Assembly (NCBI RefSeq): GCF_016903815.1
Contig: NZ_CP069973.1
DNA from: Escherichia coli
GTDB taxonomy: Bacteria; Pseudomonadota; Gammaproteobacteria; Enterobacterales; Enterobacteriaceae
Length of the DNA stretch: 64,000 nucleotides
Direction: 5' to 3' (one strand)
The notes beneath the pieces are model-generated. The model ran no database searches. It was given only the letters and a program-made list of their open reading frames with translations, and was not told where the DNA came from. Shown one piece after another: positions 32,247 to 45,821 of this stretch (the stretch's first letter is position 1; every line of letters begins with the position of its first letter). Made by a program: the position numbers and the translations under genes.

Positions 32247-33661
32247 CTACCCATCTGGTCTGGTTTCGCCAGGATTTACGTCTGCACGATAATTTCGCAC
32301 TGGCTGCCGCTTGCCGCTATTCGTCTGCACGCGTGCTGGCGTTGTATATCGCTACACCACGCCAGTGGGCGGCGCATAATATGTCGCCGCGTCAGGCTGA
32401 ATTTATCAATGCACAACTGAACGGGCTACAAATCGCGCTGGCGGAAAAAGGCATTCCTTTGCTGTTTCATGAAGTGGATGACTTTGCCGCCAGCGTCGAA
32501 ATAGTTGAACAGGTGTGCGCGGAAAATCGTGTTACCCATCTGTTTTATAACTATCAGTATGAGGTGAATGAGCGGGCGCGGGATGTGCAGGTTGAGAGAA
32601 CGCTGCGTAACGTGGTGTGTGAAGGATTTGATGACAGCGTGATCCTGCCGCCTGGCGCGGTGATGACTGGCAATCATGAGATGTACAAAGTCTTTACGCC
32701 TTTTCAAAATGCCTGGCTGAAACGGCTGCGAGAAGGGATGCCGGAGTGCGTCGCTGCGCCAAAAGTACGTAGTAGCGGAATGATAGAACCCGCGCCATCC
32801 ATTACGCTGAATTATCCTCGTCAGCCTTTCGATACTGCGCATTTCCCGGTGGAAGAAAAAGCGGCGATTGCGCAATTACGCCAGTTTTGCCAGAACGGTG
32901 CCGGAGAGTATGAGCAACAAAGAGATTTTCCGGCTGTTGAAGGTACCAGCCGTTTGTCCGCCAGCCTGGCAACGGGCGGGTTATCGCCTCGCCAGTGTCT
33001 GCATCGCCTGTTGGCGGAACAGCCGCAGGCGCTGGACGGTGGGGCCGGTAGTGTCTGGCTTAGTGAGCTGATCTGGCGCGAGTTCTACCGTCATCTGATG
33101 ACGTATTACCCCTCGTTGTGTAAACATTGTCCGTTTATTGCCTGGACGGATCGTGTGCAGTGGCAGAGCAATCCCGCACATTTACAGGCCTGGCAGGAAG
33201 GCAAAACGGGATACCCGATTGTCGATGCTGCCATGCGTCAGCTTAACAGCACTGGCTGGATGCATAACAGGCTACGGATGATTACAGCCAGTTTTCTGGT
33301 GAAAGATTTGTTGATCGACTGGCGCGAAGGCGAGCGATATTTCATGTCGCAGCTGATTGATGGTGATTTGGCAGCTAATAACGGTGGCTGGCAGTGGGCC
33401 GCTTCAACCGGAACCGATGCAGCGCCGTATTTTCGTATTTTTAACCCGACAACCCAGGGCGAGAAATTTGACCGCGAAGGCGAGTTTATCCGCCAGTGGC
33501 TACCGGAACTGCGCGATGTGCCAGGGAAAGTGGTGCATGAGCCGTGGAAGTGGGCGCAGAAAGCAGGTGTGACGCTGGATTATCCGCAACCGATAGTTGA
33601 TCACAAAGAGGCAAGGCTGCGAACGCTGGCAGCGTACGAAGAAGCGAGGAAAGGAGCCTGA
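32243..33661 (+). CDS. phr: deoxyribodipyrimidine photolyase
   Basis: 472 aa MTTHLVWFRQDLRLHDN...; photolyase FAD-binding domain motifs (WREFY, GWMHNRLRM). Confidence 0.95.
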   Translation: MTTHLVWFRQDLRLHDNFALAAACRYSSARVLALYIATPRQWAAHNMSPRQAEFINAQLNGLQIALAEKGIPLLFHEVDDFAASVEIVEQVCAENRVTHLFYNYQYEVNERARDVQVERTLRNVVCEGFDDSVILPPGAVMTGNHEMYKVFTPFQNAWLKRLREGMPECVAAPKVRSSGMIEPAPSITLNYPRQPFDTAHFPVEEKAAIAQLRQFCQNGAGEYEQQRDFPAVEGTSRLSASLATGGLSPRQCLHRLLAEQPQALDGGAGSVWLSELIWREFYRHLMTYYPSLCKHCPFIAWTDRVQWQSNPAHLQAWQEGKTGYPIVDAAMRQLNSTGWMHNRLRMITASFLVKDLLIDWREGERYFMSQLIDGDLAANNGGWQWAASTGTDAAPYFRIFNPTTQGEKFDREGEFIRQWLPELRDVPGKVVHEPWKWAQKAGVTLDYPQPIVDHKEARLRTLAAYEEARKGA

Positions 33662-33686
33662 TAAAACGCAGCGAGCGTTTTATCAG
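33662..33686. terminator. bidirectional terminator between phr and dtpD
   Basis: Hairpin aaaacgcagcgagcgtttt between convergent genes. Confidence 0.5.
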
Positions 33687-33703
33687 GCATCGGTGCTGGC
33701 CTG

Positions 33704-35368
<1,665 letters not shown>

Positions 35369-35455
35369 TTAATATGTCAAAAGATTGGCTATCGACGAAC
35401 AGGCGAGGTAACGCTATGTTAACGGTGTAGCTATCAGAATACGGAAGGCGCGAAG

Positions 35456-36199
35456 ATGAAAAACACCGAACTGGAACAACTGATTAACGAAAAACTGAAC
35501 AGCGCGGCGATTAGTGATTACGCGCCGAATGGTTTGCAGGTGGAAGGCAAAGAGACGGTGCAAAAAATTGTTACCGGTGTCACTGCCAGCCAGGCTTTGC
35601 TCGATGAGGCAGTGCGTCTGGGCGCGGATGCGGTCATTGTGCATCATGGCTACTTCTGGAAAGGCGAATCTCCGGTCATTCGCGGAATGAAGCGTAACCG
35701 TTTAAAAACGTTGCTGGCAAATGATATCAACCTGTATGGCTGGCATTTGCCGCTTGACGCACATCCTGAGCTGGGCAATAACGCACAGCTGGCGGCGTTA
35801 CTGGGGATCACGGTCATGGGCGAAATTGAGCCGTTGGTGCCGTGGGGCGAACTGACCATGCCTGTGCCGGGACTGGAGCTGGCTTCCTGGATTGAAGCGC
35901 GTCTGGGACGTAAGCCGTTATGGTGTGGCGATACCGGACCTGAGGTGGTCCAGCGCGTTGCCTGGTGCACGGGCGGCGGGCAGAGTTTTATCGATAGCGC
36001 CGCGCGTTTTGGCGTGGATGCTTTTATTACTGGCGAAGTTTCTGAACAGACCATTCATTCAGCCCGCGAGCAGGGATTGCATTTTTATGCTGCGGGTCAC
36101 CATGCCACTGAACGCGGTGGTATTCGCGCATTGAGCGAGTGGCTGAATGAAAATACCGATCTTGATGTGACCTTTATTGATATTCCTAATCCTGCATAA
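35456..36199 (+). CDS. ybgI: Nif3-family metal-binding protein YbgI (GTP cyclohydrolase 1 type 2 homologue)
   Basis: 247 aa MKNTELEQLINEKLNSAAISDYAPNGLQVEG...; recognised as YbgI. Confidence 0.9.
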   Translation: MKNTELEQLINEKLNSAAISDYAPNGLQVEGKETVQKIVTGVTASQALLDEAVRLGADAVIVHHGYFWKGESPVIRGMKRNRLKTLLANDINLYGWHLPLDAHPELGNNAQLAALLGITVMGEIEPLVPWGELTMPVPGLELASWIEARLGRKPLWCGDTGPEVVQRVAWCTGGGQSFIDSAARFGVDAFITGEVSEQTIHSAREQGLHFYAAGHHATERGGIRALSEWLNENTDLDVTFIDIPNPA

Positions 36200-36221
36200 C
36201 GAATAATCAGAGGGATCGAAA

Positions 36222-36878
36222 GTGCAACGAGCGCGTTGTTATCTGATAGGTGAAACGGCGGTAGTGCTGGAGCTGGAACCGCCGGTGACGCTGGCTAGCC
36301 AGAAACGGATCTGGCGACTGGCACAGCGTCTGGTGGATATGCCGAATGTGGTTGAAGCCATTCCCGGCATGAACAATATCACGGTGATTTTGCGTAATCC
36401 TGAGTCGCTGGCGCTGGATGCCATAGAGCGTTTGCAACGCTGGTGGGAGGAGAGTGAGGCGCTGGAGCCGGAGTCTCGCTTTATTGAAATTCCGGTGGTT
36501 TACGGTGGCGCAGCCGGACCGGATTTGGCGGTGGTCGCGGCGCATTGTGGATTGAGCGAAAAACAGGTTGTTGAATTGCACTCCTCCGTGGAATACGTGG
36601 TCTGGTTTTTAGGTTTTCAACCGGGCTTCCCGTATCTCGGGAGTTTGCCGGAACAACTACATACGCCACGGCGCGCTGAACCGCGCTTGCTCGTTCCGGC
36701 AGGTTCTGTCGGGATCGGCGGGCCGCAGACTGGTATTTATCCGCTGGCAACGCCGGGTGGCTGGCAGTTGATTGGTCATACCTCACTCAGCCTGTTTGAT
36801 CCGGCGCGTGACGAACCCATCTTATTACGACCGGGAGACAGCGTGCGCTTTGTACCGCAGAAGGAGGGAGTATGCTGA
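36222..36878 (+). CDS. pxpB: 5-oxoprolinase subunit B (allophanate hydrolase subunit 1 family)
   Basis: 218 aa; GTG start with SD gaggg upstream; overlaps pxpC. Confidence 0.85.
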   Translation: MQRARCYLIGETAVVLELEPPVTLASQKRIWRLAQRLVDMPNVVEAIPGMNNITVILRNPESLALDAIERLQRWWEESEALEPESRFIEIPVVYGGAAGPDLAVVAAHCGLSEKQVVELHSSVEYVVWFLGFQPGFPYLGSLPEQLHTPRRAEPRLLVPAGSVGIGGPQTGIYPLATPGGWQLIGHTSLSLFDPARDEPILLRPGDSVRFVPQKEGVC

Positions 36879-37804
36879 AGATTATTCGTGCGGGCATGTA
36901 CACCACTGTGCAGGATGGCGGTCGTCACGGTTTTCGCCAGTCGGGTATCAGCCACTGCGGCGCACTGGATATGCCCGCGTTACGCATTGCTAACCTACTG
37001 GTGGGTAATGACGCCAATGCCCCCGCGCTGGAGATCACGCTCGGTCAGTTAACGGTTGAGTTCGAAACTGATGGGTGGTTTGCTCTGACGGGGGCCGGTT
37101 GCGAAGCGCGGCTGGATGATAACGCCGTCTGGACCGGCTGGCGATTGCCGATGAAAGCAGGCCAGCGTTTAACGCTTAAACGCCCGCAGCACGGGATGCG
37201 CAGTTATCTGGCGGTCGCGGGTGGTATTGATGTTCCGCCGGTAATGGGGTCATGCAGTACCGATCTCAAAGTGGGGATTGGTGGGCTGGAAGGCCGTTTA
37301 CTGAAGGATGGTGACCGACTCCCGATGGGTAAATCGAAGCGTGATTTTATGGAAGCGCAGGGCGTTAAACAGTTGCTGTGGGGCAACCGCATTCGCGCCT
37401 TGCCGGGGCCGGAATATCATGAGTTCGATCGCGCCTCGCAGGATGCATTCTGGCGTTCGCCCTGGCAGCTTAGTCCGCAAAGTAACCGTATGGGCTATCG
37501 CTTACAGGGGCAAATTTTAAAACGCACCACCGATCGCGAACTGTTATCTCACGGTTTGTTGCCGGGTGTGGTGCAAGTGCCGCATAACGGCCAGCCGATT
37601 GTATTGATGAACGACGCACAGACCACCGGTGGTTATCCGCGTATTGCCTGTATCATTGAGGCTGATATGTACCATCTGGCGCAAATTCCGCTCGGTCAGC
37701 CGATTCATTTTGTCCAGTGTTCACTGGAAGAGGCACTGAAAGCACGGCAAGATCAGCAACGTTATTTCGAACAATTAGCGTGGCGGCTGCACAATGAAAA
37801 TTGA
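36872..37804 (+). CDS. pxpC: 5-oxoprolinase subunit C (allophanate hydrolase subunit 2 family)
   Basis: 310 aa; overlaps both neighbours (translationally coupled). Confidence 0.9.
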   Translation: MLKIIRAGMYTTVQDGGRHGFRQSGISHCGALDMPALRIANLLVGNDANAPALEITLGQLTVEFETDGWFALTGAGCEARLDDNAVWTGWRLPMKAGQRLTLKRPQHGMRSYLAVAGGIDVPPVMGSCSTDLKVGIGGLEGRLLKDGDRLPMGKSKRDFMEAQGVKQLLWGNRIRALPGPEYHEFDRASQDAFWRSPWQLSPQSNRMGYRLQGQILKRTTDRELLSHGLLPGVVQVPHNGQPIVLMNDAQTTGGYPRIACIIEADMYHLAQIPLGQPIHFVQCSLEEALKARQDQQRYFEQLAWRLHNEN

Positions 37805-38528
37805 CCTGAACGCCGATCTGGGCGAAGGCTGCGCCAGCGACGCAGAGCTATTAACGCTGGTTTCCTCTGCCAATATTGCTTGTGGATTTCATGCAGGCAA
37901 TGCGCAAACCATGCAGGCTTGCGTGCGTGAAGCAATAAAAAATGGTGTCGCGATTGGCGCTCACCCGAGTTTTCCCGACAGGGAAAATTTTGGTCGCAGC
38001 GCCATGCAGCTGCCGCCAGAAACCGTTTACGCCCAGACGCTGTATCAAATTGGCGCGCTGGCAGCGATTACCCGTGCGCAAGGCGGCGTAATGTGTCATG
38101 TCAAACCGCACGGCATGTTATACAACCAGGCGGCGAAAGAGGCACAACTGGCAGACGCCATCGCCAGAGCGGTATACGCTTGCGATCCGGCATTGATTCT
38201 CGTCGGGCTGGCAGGAAGCGAGCTGATTCGTGCAGGCAAGCAATATGGCCTGACAACGCGCGAGGAAGTGTTTGCCGATCGCGGTTATCAGGCAGACGGT
38301 TCGCTGGTGCCGCGAAGCCAGCCAGGCGCGTTGATTGAAAACGAAGAACAGGCGCTGGAGCAAACGTTGGAGATGGTGCAACACGGCAGAGTCAAAAGCA
38401 TCACCGGCGAATGGGCAACGGTCACGGCGCAAACGGTCTGCCTGCATGGAGATGGCGAGCACGCACTGGCGTTCGCCCGCCGACTACGCTCTACATTTGC
38501 CGAAAAGGGGATTGTTGTCGCAGCATAA
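37794..38528 (+). CDS. pxpA: 5-oxoprolinase subunit A (LamB/YcsF family)
   Basis: 244 aa [35 protein letters not shown]... Confidence 0.9.
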   Translation: MKIDLNADLGEGCASDAELLTLVSSANIACGFHAGNAQTMQACVREAIKNGVAIGAHPSFPDRENFGRSAMQLPPETVYAQTLYQIGALAAITRAQGGVMCHVKPHGMLYNQAAKEAQLADAIARAVYACDPALILVGLAGSELIRAGKQYGLTTREEVFADRGYQADGSLVPRSQPGALIENEEQALEQTLEMVQHGRVKSITGEWATVTAQTVCLHGDGEHALAFARRLRSTFAEKGIVVAA

Positions 38529-38563
38529 CCCCGCTTAATAAAGAATGAAAAAAGGATATCACC

Positions 38564-39355
38564 ATGCCTGAAGGCCCGGAGATCCGCCGTGCAGCGGATA
38601 ACCTGGAGGCGGCGATCAAAGGCAAACCACTAACTGATGTCTGGTTTGCCTTCCCGCAGTTAAAATCTTATCAATCACGACTTATCGGTCAACACGTTAC
38701 CCATGTGGAAACGCGTGGTAAGGCGTTGTTAACTCATTTTTCCAACGACTTAACGCTCTACAGCCATAATCAGCTTTACGGCGTCTGGCGCGTGGTTGAA
38801 ACCGGCGAAGAGCCGCAGACCACGCGAGTATTGCGGGTAAAACTGCAAACGGCTGACAAAACCATTCTGCTTTATAGCGCCTCGGATATTGAGATGTTGA
38901 CCCCGGAACAACTGACCACGCATCCGTTTTTACAACGCGTTGGTCCAGATGTGCTGGATCCGAATCTGACGCCAGAGGTGGTAAAGGAACGATTATTGTC
39001 GCCGCGCTTTCGTAACCGTCAGTTTGCTGGATTACTGCTCGATCAGGCGTTTCTGGCAGGACTTGGCAATTATTTGCGGGTGGAGATCCTCTGGCAGGTG
39101 GGGTTAACCGGCAATCATAAAGCGAAAGATCTCAGTGCGGCGCAACTGGATGCACTCGCAGACGCGTTACTGGATATTCCTCGACTTTCTTACGCTACGC
39201 GGGGGCAGGTGGATGAGAATAAACATCATGGGGCGTTGTTTCGCTTTAAGGTTTTTCATCGTGATGGCGAACCGTGTGAACGCTGTGGCAGCATCATTGA
39301 GAAAACCACGCTGTCATCTCGCCCGTTTTACTGGTGTCCGGGCTGCCAGCACTAG
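38564..39355 (+). CDS. nei: endonuclease VIII (Fpg/Nei family DNA glycosylase)
   Basis: 263 aa starting MPEGPEIRR (N-terminal Pro nucleophile) with a C-terminal zinc finger CERCG...CPGCQ. Confidence 0.95.
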   Translation: MPEGPEIRRAADNLEAAIKGKPLTDVWFAFPQLKSYQSRLIGQHVTHVETRGKALLTHFSNDLTLYSHNQLYGVWRVVETGEEPQTTRVLRVKLQTADKTILLYSASDIEMLTPEQLTTHPFLQRVGPDVLDPNLTPEVVKERLLSPRFRNRQFAGLLLDQAFLAGLGNYLRVEILWQVGLTGNHKAKDLSAAQLDALADALLDIPRLSYATRGQVDENKHHGALFRFKVFHRDGEPCERCGSIIEKTTLSSRPFYWCPGCQH

Positions 39356-40398
39356 GCCGACCGTTTCGGCGCATAGGTTGAAATAAACCGCGCAATGGCT
39401 GGCCCCGTCAGCAAAATACTGAACAGGCGCAGGGTTTGCATCGCCATAATGAGCGCCATATCGGCATTGCTCCCTGCGGCGATGACCGCCACGGTATCAA
39501 GCCCGCCGGGGCTGGTGGCGAGGTAGGCAGTCATAAAATCAATGTGCATAAATCGGGTCAGTCCCCACGCCATACCCGCACAAATAGCCAGCAGAGCAAA
39601 AATCGACAGCAGGATTTGCGGTAGCGGGCGCAATGCCCGCAGTAAGATTTGTTTATCGAAACCAAGACCAATCCGCCAGCCAATTGCCATATACGCCATC
39701 GCCAGCAGCCATTCCGGTAGTTCGATGGTGATGAGCTGACCAGACTGGAGCACTGCGCCCGCCAGCATCGGGATGAGCATCGTGCCGGAAGGAAGACGTA
39801 GCAAGCATCCCGCCGTACCGGCAACGACTGCGAGCAAAATCGTAAGCAGGAGATTAATGCTCACTGGCGGGAACCAGACGATCTGCTGGTTAACCGCTTC
39901 AGCGTTATCATCCAGCATCATGCGGGTGACCAGAACAGCGGCCCCCGCGACGAACAGCACTCGCAGATATTGCATAAACGCCACCAGGCGAATATCTGCG
40001 CCGTAATCTTGCGCCATAGCGACCATTGCCGCCGCGCCGCCAGGAGAAGAACCCCAGGCACCAGTATTTCCAGGCAATGAGCTATAGCGCACCAATAACC
40101 AACCCACGATGGCGCTGGAAAGCAGCGTTACCAGTAAAATTGCAAGCACGATCGGCCAGTTGACGGCCAGGGTGGTGAGAATCGAACCAGTGAGGTTTTG
40201 CGCAATCATGCAGCCAAGAATGGCCTGGGCGGCGAGAAAAGCGGAGCGGGGGAGTTGTAAAGTAATTCCGCGCATACTAAAGATGATCCCGGCGATCATC
40301 GGTCCAAGTAATAGCGCCGCCGGGAGATGTAATCCGAGGAAGCCAATAGAAAGGAGAAGTGAGAGCACACATAACATTCCCCACTGCAAAACTGGCAT
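39352..40398 (-). CDS. abrB: AbrB-family membrane protein (putative regulator/transporter) YbgN
   Basis: About 348 aa polytopic membrane protein from [16 protein letters not shown]...; the ORF-track entry extends upstream to 40476. Confidence 0.85.
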   Translation of the reverse strand: MPVLQWGMLCVLSLLLSIGFLGLHLPAALLLGPMIAGIIFSMRGITLQLPRSAFLAAQAILGCMIAQNLTGSILTTLAVNWPIVLAILLVTLLSSAIVGWLLVRYSSLPGNTGAWGSSPGGAAAMVAMAQDYGADIRLVAFMQYLRVLFVAGAAVLVTRMMLDDNAEAVNQQIVWFPPVSINLLLTILLAVVAGTAGCLLRLPSGTMLIPMLAGAVLQSGQLITIELPEWLLAMAYMAIGWRIGLGFDKQILLRALRPLPQILLSIFALLAICAGMAWGLTRFMHIDFMTAYLATSPGGLDTVAVIAAGSNADMALIMAMQTLRLFSILLTGPAIARFISTYAPKRSA

Positions 40399-40550
40399 CC
40401 TTCGCTCCCTCATTATTTTTTCTTTGGTGTATCGATACAGCATAAAGAAAGCCGGGCCAGGAAAAAATAACAGCAATCAAGGAAAAGGGGAAAATCAGCA
40501 ATTTTCTGAAAGAGAGGCCCTTTACTGACTGCAAAGGGCATCATGATAAA

Positions 40551-41612
40551 TTAGTTATAGTTAATCTTAAAAAGCACCACTGTATCGAAGGGACCCGCTT
40601 CGATGGGGGTGCCGGGAATGGACGAAAGTTCAGCCGTATAGGTTTTTTCGTAGATCAGCATATCGCTGGTGAAATCAGCATATTCGCTGTATTTGTTGAA
40701 AGTATAGGGTGAAGAATTTTCATCCAGCAAACGTAGCTTCAGTCCATTACCAATCAGCAGTGCTTTATCCTCTTCAATCAATGTTTCTTCGGTATAAAAC
40801 GAAGAGCTGACCTTAAATCCGTCGGTGCACTGGTCATTTTGTGATTTTGTCGTCTTAATACTGAATGTTTTCGACATTGTGTGGCGGCGAATATCCAGCA
40901 GGTTAAATTTACCAAAATCAATCACCTGTGTTTCTGGTGAAATAGAAAAATTGACGCTGCAATCCAGTACACGAATGTTTTCCAGACCAGTAATATGGTA
41001 TTTCAGGTTTTGGGCGGTAGGGTCTTCGTTAACGCTACCGGCACCATCAAATTGCACGACGATGTAGTCGCTAAGCGTACTTTGATAATCATGCGGCGGT
41101 ATTTCGCGAATCTTAACGTATAACCGCATACGAGCAAGAAAGGTTCGCGACATGTGAATATTAGCGGGGTCACCCGAGCATATTTTGTTCTGCCAGCCCA
41201 TCGCGATAATCTGCTCAGGGGTATAAATGTTAATGTTCTTACTGTCGATACACTGGTTGGTGTCGATGCGGCTTTTCCCCAGACTGGCATCGTAATCGAC
41301 ACCATTGTATGTCACGCCGAGTTGATAATAACGATCCTGTACCCCCGGGTAGGGGTTTACCCATGCGTAGACATGTTCGCTTTCAAAGTTGCCGTTGGTA
41401 TTGTTGTCACAATAGACGGGAATTTTAATATCGTCAGATTCCCAGATCTTATCGCCGGGTTTGGCATTACCTGGCACAGCAAAGGGTTGAATCGCTTCCG
41501 ATTTTTCTACCGTTCCGCCGGAAGTACCAAAATAGCAGTTCAGCGCTAGCGCAGACTTCAATGGCAGAAATAACAGACAGATGACGAGCAACAATCCTTT
41601 GCCAGTACTCAT
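40551..41612 (-). CDS. ybgO: putative fimbrial adhesin/tip subunit YbgO
   Basis: Signal peptide [23 protein letters not shown]; last gene of the chaperone-usher cluster; start overlaps the ybgP stop (ATGA). Confidence 0.8.
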   Translation of the reverse strand: MSTGKGLLLVICLLFLPLKSALALNCYFGTSGGTVEKSEAIQPFAVPGNAKPGDKIWESDDIKIPVYCDNNTNGNFESEHVYAWVNPYPGVQDRYYQLGVTYNGVDYDASLGKSRIDTNQCIDSKNINIYTPEQIIAMGWQNKICSGDPANIHMSRTFLARMRLYVKIREIPPHDYQSTLSDYIVVQFDGAGSVNEDPTAQNLKYHITGLENIRVLDCSVNFSISPETQVIDFGKFNLLDIRRHTMSKTFSIKTTKSQNDQCTDGFKVSSSFYTEETLIEEDKALLIGNGLKLRLLDENSSPYTFNKYSEYADFTSDMLIYEKTYTAELSSIPGTPIEAGPFDTVVLFKINYN

Positions 41613-42340
41613 TTCTTCGCCTCCACTGCTTGTAAACGGCAATGTCCGTTGCAATTGAGCGTCGTCATGCGTAACGCGCCGTAATCATCCATATAACCGA
41701 GATAAAACTGACTGCCGCTATAACTTCCGGTGTTTGTAATTACTGTACTAAAAGGCGCAACCATCACGGTTTTGAAGCCCGGGAGAACACCTTGCTCATT
41801 TCGTCCCAGGTAGGCGATTGTCAGGTAATAGCCGGTCGGGTTTTTTAAGTTAAGTTGATTGCCCTGCTGGCTGACCTGTAACTGCAGTTCGACCTTTTCT
41901 CCTGCTTTCTTGCGTAATGCAGCCGGTCGCCAGAATACCTTGATACGACTCTGAATGGCGACTTGCAGAACGGCATGGTCGCTATTTTTTTCCGGGGCGG
42001 GAGGAATTTCACGCATATTGTAGAAAAATAGCGTTTCGCGATCGCCCGGTAATTTTGTGGTCGAGGCTTGCTTTACTATCCGTACCTGCGTTGTTGCTTT
42101 CGGTTCCAGACGTTGTATCGGTGGCAGGGCAACCAGAAGATCATCGTTTTTCTCCCCTTTTTCATTTTCGAGCCAGGAATAAGCGAGGTAGGGGAGTTTA
42201 TCGCTACGATTATCCACGCGCAGACTGGTAGCTTTATCATTAGCGTTAAACACAATACGAGTGCGATCGGGTTGTAGTGCAGCGTGGCTGCACAGACTGG
42301 CAACCAACAACAAAAGGGGTAGTCCTTTCATAAATGTCAT
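41609..42340 (-). CDS. ybgP: fimbrial periplasmic chaperone (PapD-like)
   Basis: 243 aa with signal peptide; chaperone position within the cluster. Confidence 0.85.
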   Translation of the reverse strand: MTFMKGLPLLLLVASLCSHAALQPDRTRIVFNANDKATSLRVDNRSDKLPYLAYSWLENEKGEKNDDLLVALPPIQRLEPKATTQVRIVKQASTTKLPGDRETLFFYNMREIPPAPEKNSDHAVLQVAIQSRIKVFWRPAALRKKAGEKVELQLQVSQQGNQLNLKNPTGYYLTIAYLGRNEQGVLPGFKTVMVAPFSTVITNTGSYSGSQFYLGYMDDYGALRMTTLNCNGHCRLQAVEAKK

Positions 42341-42355
42341 TTTTCATTTCCTTAA

Positions 42356-44815
42356 TTAATGACAAGGTAAAATCAGGCGATTTGCGGTGTCTTCCATATG
42401 TTCAGGAAGATGGATCGAGCAACGCTGGCTATCACCCCAGATCACGGTAAATTGTTGATTTTCAGCGACTCCACTTAACCAGGCGTGTCCTTCCTCGCCA
42501 ACCATTCCCACGCTAATGCCGCTATCCTCCTGGCGGATATCCGCACCGAGGGGGGGGAGCTGACCGCTGGCGTTGCGAATGATGACGTTAACGTCTTTAC
42601 CGGAACGGGAAGCCAGCGATTTGTAACCTATCGCGCCTTCAATCCACGTTTCTTTGATAACGTTATCTGCCACTGTTACGCCGTCGGGTAAATCATTCAT
42701 GTTCACCGCCACGGTGGAAGGCTGGTAACTGGAAATCAACGGCACCACCGCAATGCCAAAATGGTTGGTGTAGTCGAGATTGCCCTGAACCGGAATATCT
42801 GCCACGCCATCGGTGCTGACCATCAGGCGTGGTTCATTGGTGGAGCTGCGACGATGGAACGCCGCACCATATTGGGTTGCTGTGAAAGAACCGCTCCAGC
42901 TGCTGCTGACGGAACTGTAATCATTGGCGGCATAGGTACCAGAAATATCCCACTCACCCGCTGAACTCAGGTGCTGATAGTTACCGCTCACCTGGGCTCC
43001 ATTATCCGGACGGTCGGATTGCAGTCCGGTAGACATGCCCCAGCTATTACGTTCATCTAACGTATCATTCCACGACATGCGGTGCGTGGTGCTGTGACTA
43101 CTGTTTTGCATGTCATAACCGACCCGCCCCCCATTACCGAAGGGGAGCGAAATCGACAGGTAAATCTGATTGTCGCGATCTTTATCTTCGTAATGGGTTG
43201 TATTGAATGATGTCGAGATCGAGATATCTCTCCAGTTACCAATATCAACATTAAAACCCGCCGTGATGTTGGCGGTCGTGGAGGCGTCTGCATTCCACCA
43301 GGTTTGATGCAGCAGGTTGGCGTAAAGATTGAGGTTTAGTGGGGTAATCGGTTGGCCCACGGATAAGCTGATCGTCTGTTTTTCGTCCTGCGCATCGTTG
43401 TCGTTGTATTTGTGATCCAGATAGTTGGCGTAGCTGTGAAAATGACGATCTGAGAAGCGATAAGCGGCGAGCGAAATCGTGCTGTTAGTGGCATCCACTT
43501 GTTTGCTGTAATTAAAGCGGTAACTTAAGCCCCGCTCGTCCTGCTGAGTATCAAACTGACTACTGGCCCAGGTGACATCAAACGACAATGCACCAAGCCA
43601 GAGCATATTTTGCCCGATACCCATTGCGGCTGAATGGTAGTCGTCACCCGAAATCAGCAGGCCGCCGTACAGTGAGGTATTTGACAGCATCCCCCAGGAA
43701 ACTTCATTGCTAAAAAAGGTTTCATTTTCAGTTTGATGAGACATGGAGGGCCGTGGCTGACCCGCGGCCAATTTATAGCGAACCTGTCCCTGGCGAGTCA
43801 GGAAGGGAGTCGATGCTGCCGAAACCTGGAAATTGTTCACCCGACCATCTTCTTCCGTCACTTTGACATCCAACGTACCCTGGACGGACTGATTAAGGTC
43901 ATCAATGATAAACGGACCTGGTGGGACTTTTTTCTGGTAAATAACTCGCCCTGAGTGACTCACGGTGACGGTGGCGTTGGTTTGTGCAATGCCGCTGATT
44001 TGTGGGGCGTAGCCGCGTAGCTCCCACGGTAACATCCGATCGTCACTTGCCAGTGCCGCGCCGGTATAAGAAAAGCCGTCGAAAATATTGGAACTGAAAT
44101 CCGTTTCACCAAGGGTTAATTTTGAACCTAATTGCGGTAATGGACGAAAAAGATAGGTGCGTGATATTTCGCCTGACTGTTCATGGTTATCATCGCTATC
44201 GGTCTGATTCAATTGGTAATCACTGCGTAAACGCCATGCTCCCGCGTTAATTCCGGCTGTTCCATAGGCGTTCAGGTTAGTGCTGTTGCTACCATCCTGT
44301 GGGCGGTAGCTGCTGGCAAACAGGTTGTAGTCCATCAGGACGCCGGCGACACCTTCTTTCCATGTTGAGGGGGGAGTCCAGTTATCTGAGTGCCACGCCA
44401 GCCAGGCTTGTGGAATAGTGATATTCAGTTGCTGGCTAGCCTGATCAAAAATGAAGAGAATTTCAGGCCGGGAGCTAAAATCGACGCACTGGTTTAACCG
44501 TGGTAACGACTGACGAACTTCAGGTTTTAAACCAAATTTATCTACCAGTAAATCATTAATACACGGAATGGTTTGGTCACCGTTCTTTTTCCAGTCAATT
44601 TTTTGTCCATTACTGATTTGGTTGTTATTTACTGCAACGCTAACAAAATATTCACCGGGAGCAATGCCCCCTTTTTCCTTTAATAATGAAATATCAATGC
44701 GATCTCGCATCGATTTATCGAGGACATTCAGGTTGAATTCGACCGCCAATGCGGAAGGTATCGCCATGACCAGGCAGGATATAAAAGAGAGTCGATAAAT
44801 ATTCACGGTGTCCAT
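42356..44815 (-). CDS. ybgQ: fimbrial outer-membrane usher
   Basis: About 819 aa usher-sized protein with an N-terminal signal peptide (MDTVNIYRLSFISCLVMAIPSALA); start chosen at the ATG at 44815, though the open frame extends to 44857. Confidence 0.85.
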   Translation of the reverse strand: MDTVNIYRLSFISCLVMAIPSALAVEFNLNVLDKSMRDRIDISLLKEKGGIAPGEYFVSVAVNNNQISNGQKIDWKKNGDQTIPCINDLLVDKFGLKPEVRQSLPRLNQCVDFSSRPEILFIFDQASQQLNITIPQAWLAWHSDNWTPPSTWKEGVAGVLMDYNLFASSYRPQDGSNSTNLNAYGTAGINAGAWRLRSDYQLNQTDSDDNHEQSGEISRTYLFRPLPQLGSKLTLGETDFSSNIFDGFSYTGAALASDDRMLPWELRGYAPQISGIAQTNATVTVSHSGRVIYQKKVPPGPFIIDDLNQSVQGTLDVKVTEEDGRVNNFQVSAASTPFLTRQGQVRYKLAAGQPRPSMSHQTENETFFSNEVSWGMLSNTSLYGGLLISGDDYHSAAMGIGQNMLWLGALSFDVTWASSQFDTQQDERGLSYRFNYSKQVDATNSTISLAAYRFSDRHFHSYANYLDHKYNDNDAQDEKQTISLSVGQPITPLNLNLYANLLHQTWWNADASTTANITAGFNVDIGNWRDISISTSFNTTHYEDKDRDNQIYLSISLPFGNGGRVGYDMQNSSHSTTHRMSWNDTLDERNSWGMSTGLQSDRPDNGAQVSGNYQHLSSAGEWDISGTYAANDYSSVSSSWSGSFTATQYGAAFHRRSSTNEPRLMVSTDGVADIPVQGNLDYTNHFGIAVVPLISSYQPSTVAVNMNDLPDGVTVADNVIKETWIEGAIGYKSLASRSGKDVNVIIRNASGQLPPLGADIRQEDSGISVGMVGEEGHAWLSGVAENQQFTVIWGDSQRCSIHLPEHMEDTANRLILPCH

Positions 44816-44865
44816 ACCTGATAAATATTTGAAGAAAGGCGGCGATGACGCCGCCAAAGTGATAC

Positions 44866-45432
44866 TTATTTATAATCCAGTACGTAGGTCGCATTCGCCG
44901 TAACTGCGCCTGGTGTTACGGGCGTAGCCTGATCAATTTGTTCCATCCACGCAAAGAAATTTAACGTTTGTTCGCTGGAGGTTGGTGCCAGGTCGATATC
45001 TGGAGTAGCGGTGCCTAAAACGATATTGCTTTGATCTTTATTCATTAAACGCACGCCGACACCGGTCGCTTCACCCGTGCTGGTGTTGTTGAGAATCGGA
45101 TCTGCGCCGGTGGTTTTCGCTGAGCTGTCAAAGGTGACTGCAACTTTAGAAATCTTGCCGCCGGAACCGTTGTTGGAGTTTTCCAGATCGCAGTTGACTA
45201 AGCGCAGGTCGACAGCAACGGCATCGCTGTGATGCGACTGATTAATGTGGCTGGTGGTCACCTGACCGAGTTCAACCTCTTTATCAATATCATCCTGATG
45301 TATTTCACACGGTGCTTCAATAACTTCACCTTTAAAGTGAATTTCACCGGATCCTTCATCAGCCGCATAAACAGGTGCAGTGAACAGCAGAGATACGGCC
45401 AGTGCGGCCAATGTTTTTTGTCCTTTAAACAT
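44866..45432 (-). CDS. ybgD: fimbrial major subunit
   Basis: 188 aa from MFKGQKTLAALAVSLLFTAPVYA... (signal peptide), with SD aagga 8 nt upstream; first gene of the ybgDQPO cluster. Confidence 0.85.
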   Translation of the reverse strand: MFKGQKTLAALAVSLLFTAPVYAADEGSGEIHFKGEVIEAPCEIHQDDIDKEVELGQVTTSHINQSHHSDAVAVDLRLVNCDLENSNNGSGGKISKVAVTFDSSAKTTGADPILNNTSTGEATGVGVRLMNKDQSNIVLGTATPDIDLAPTSSEQTLNFFAWMEQIDQATPVTPGAVTANATYVLDYK

Positions 45433-45762
45433 AGCTGAGTCCTTTAAATAATGAGATAGAGTGTTGCGAGGCAAGAATATATTAACTGACAGTTGAATGT
45501 ATTTGGTTTTATTTAACAATATTAAAAAGCTTGTTATAGAAAGAATGGAATAATTGAGTGCATAAATTTATTGTTTAATGAGATGAAAGATGGGGTGGGA
45601 TGGATATGCATAATTTTCATTGGGTTAACAATGCTACCGGCAGGAAAGTATAAAAATAAACTTATCATTCTGCTCAGTATGTGACTTGTCACATTTTTTC
45701 ATCTTATTAATGGGTATTTGCATCTGGTTTAATTTTTACAATTTATTATGTTCAGCCATATA

Positions 45763-45800
45763 AAAAAGAACCCGCTCTATTAAAGGCGGGTCCGGAAAGT
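45763..45800 (-). terminator. gltA terminator
   Basis: Hairpin gaacccgc...gcgggtcc followed on the minus strand by a T-run. Confidence 0.6.
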
Positions 45801-45821
45801 AAACGGCTTAGCAATCAACCA

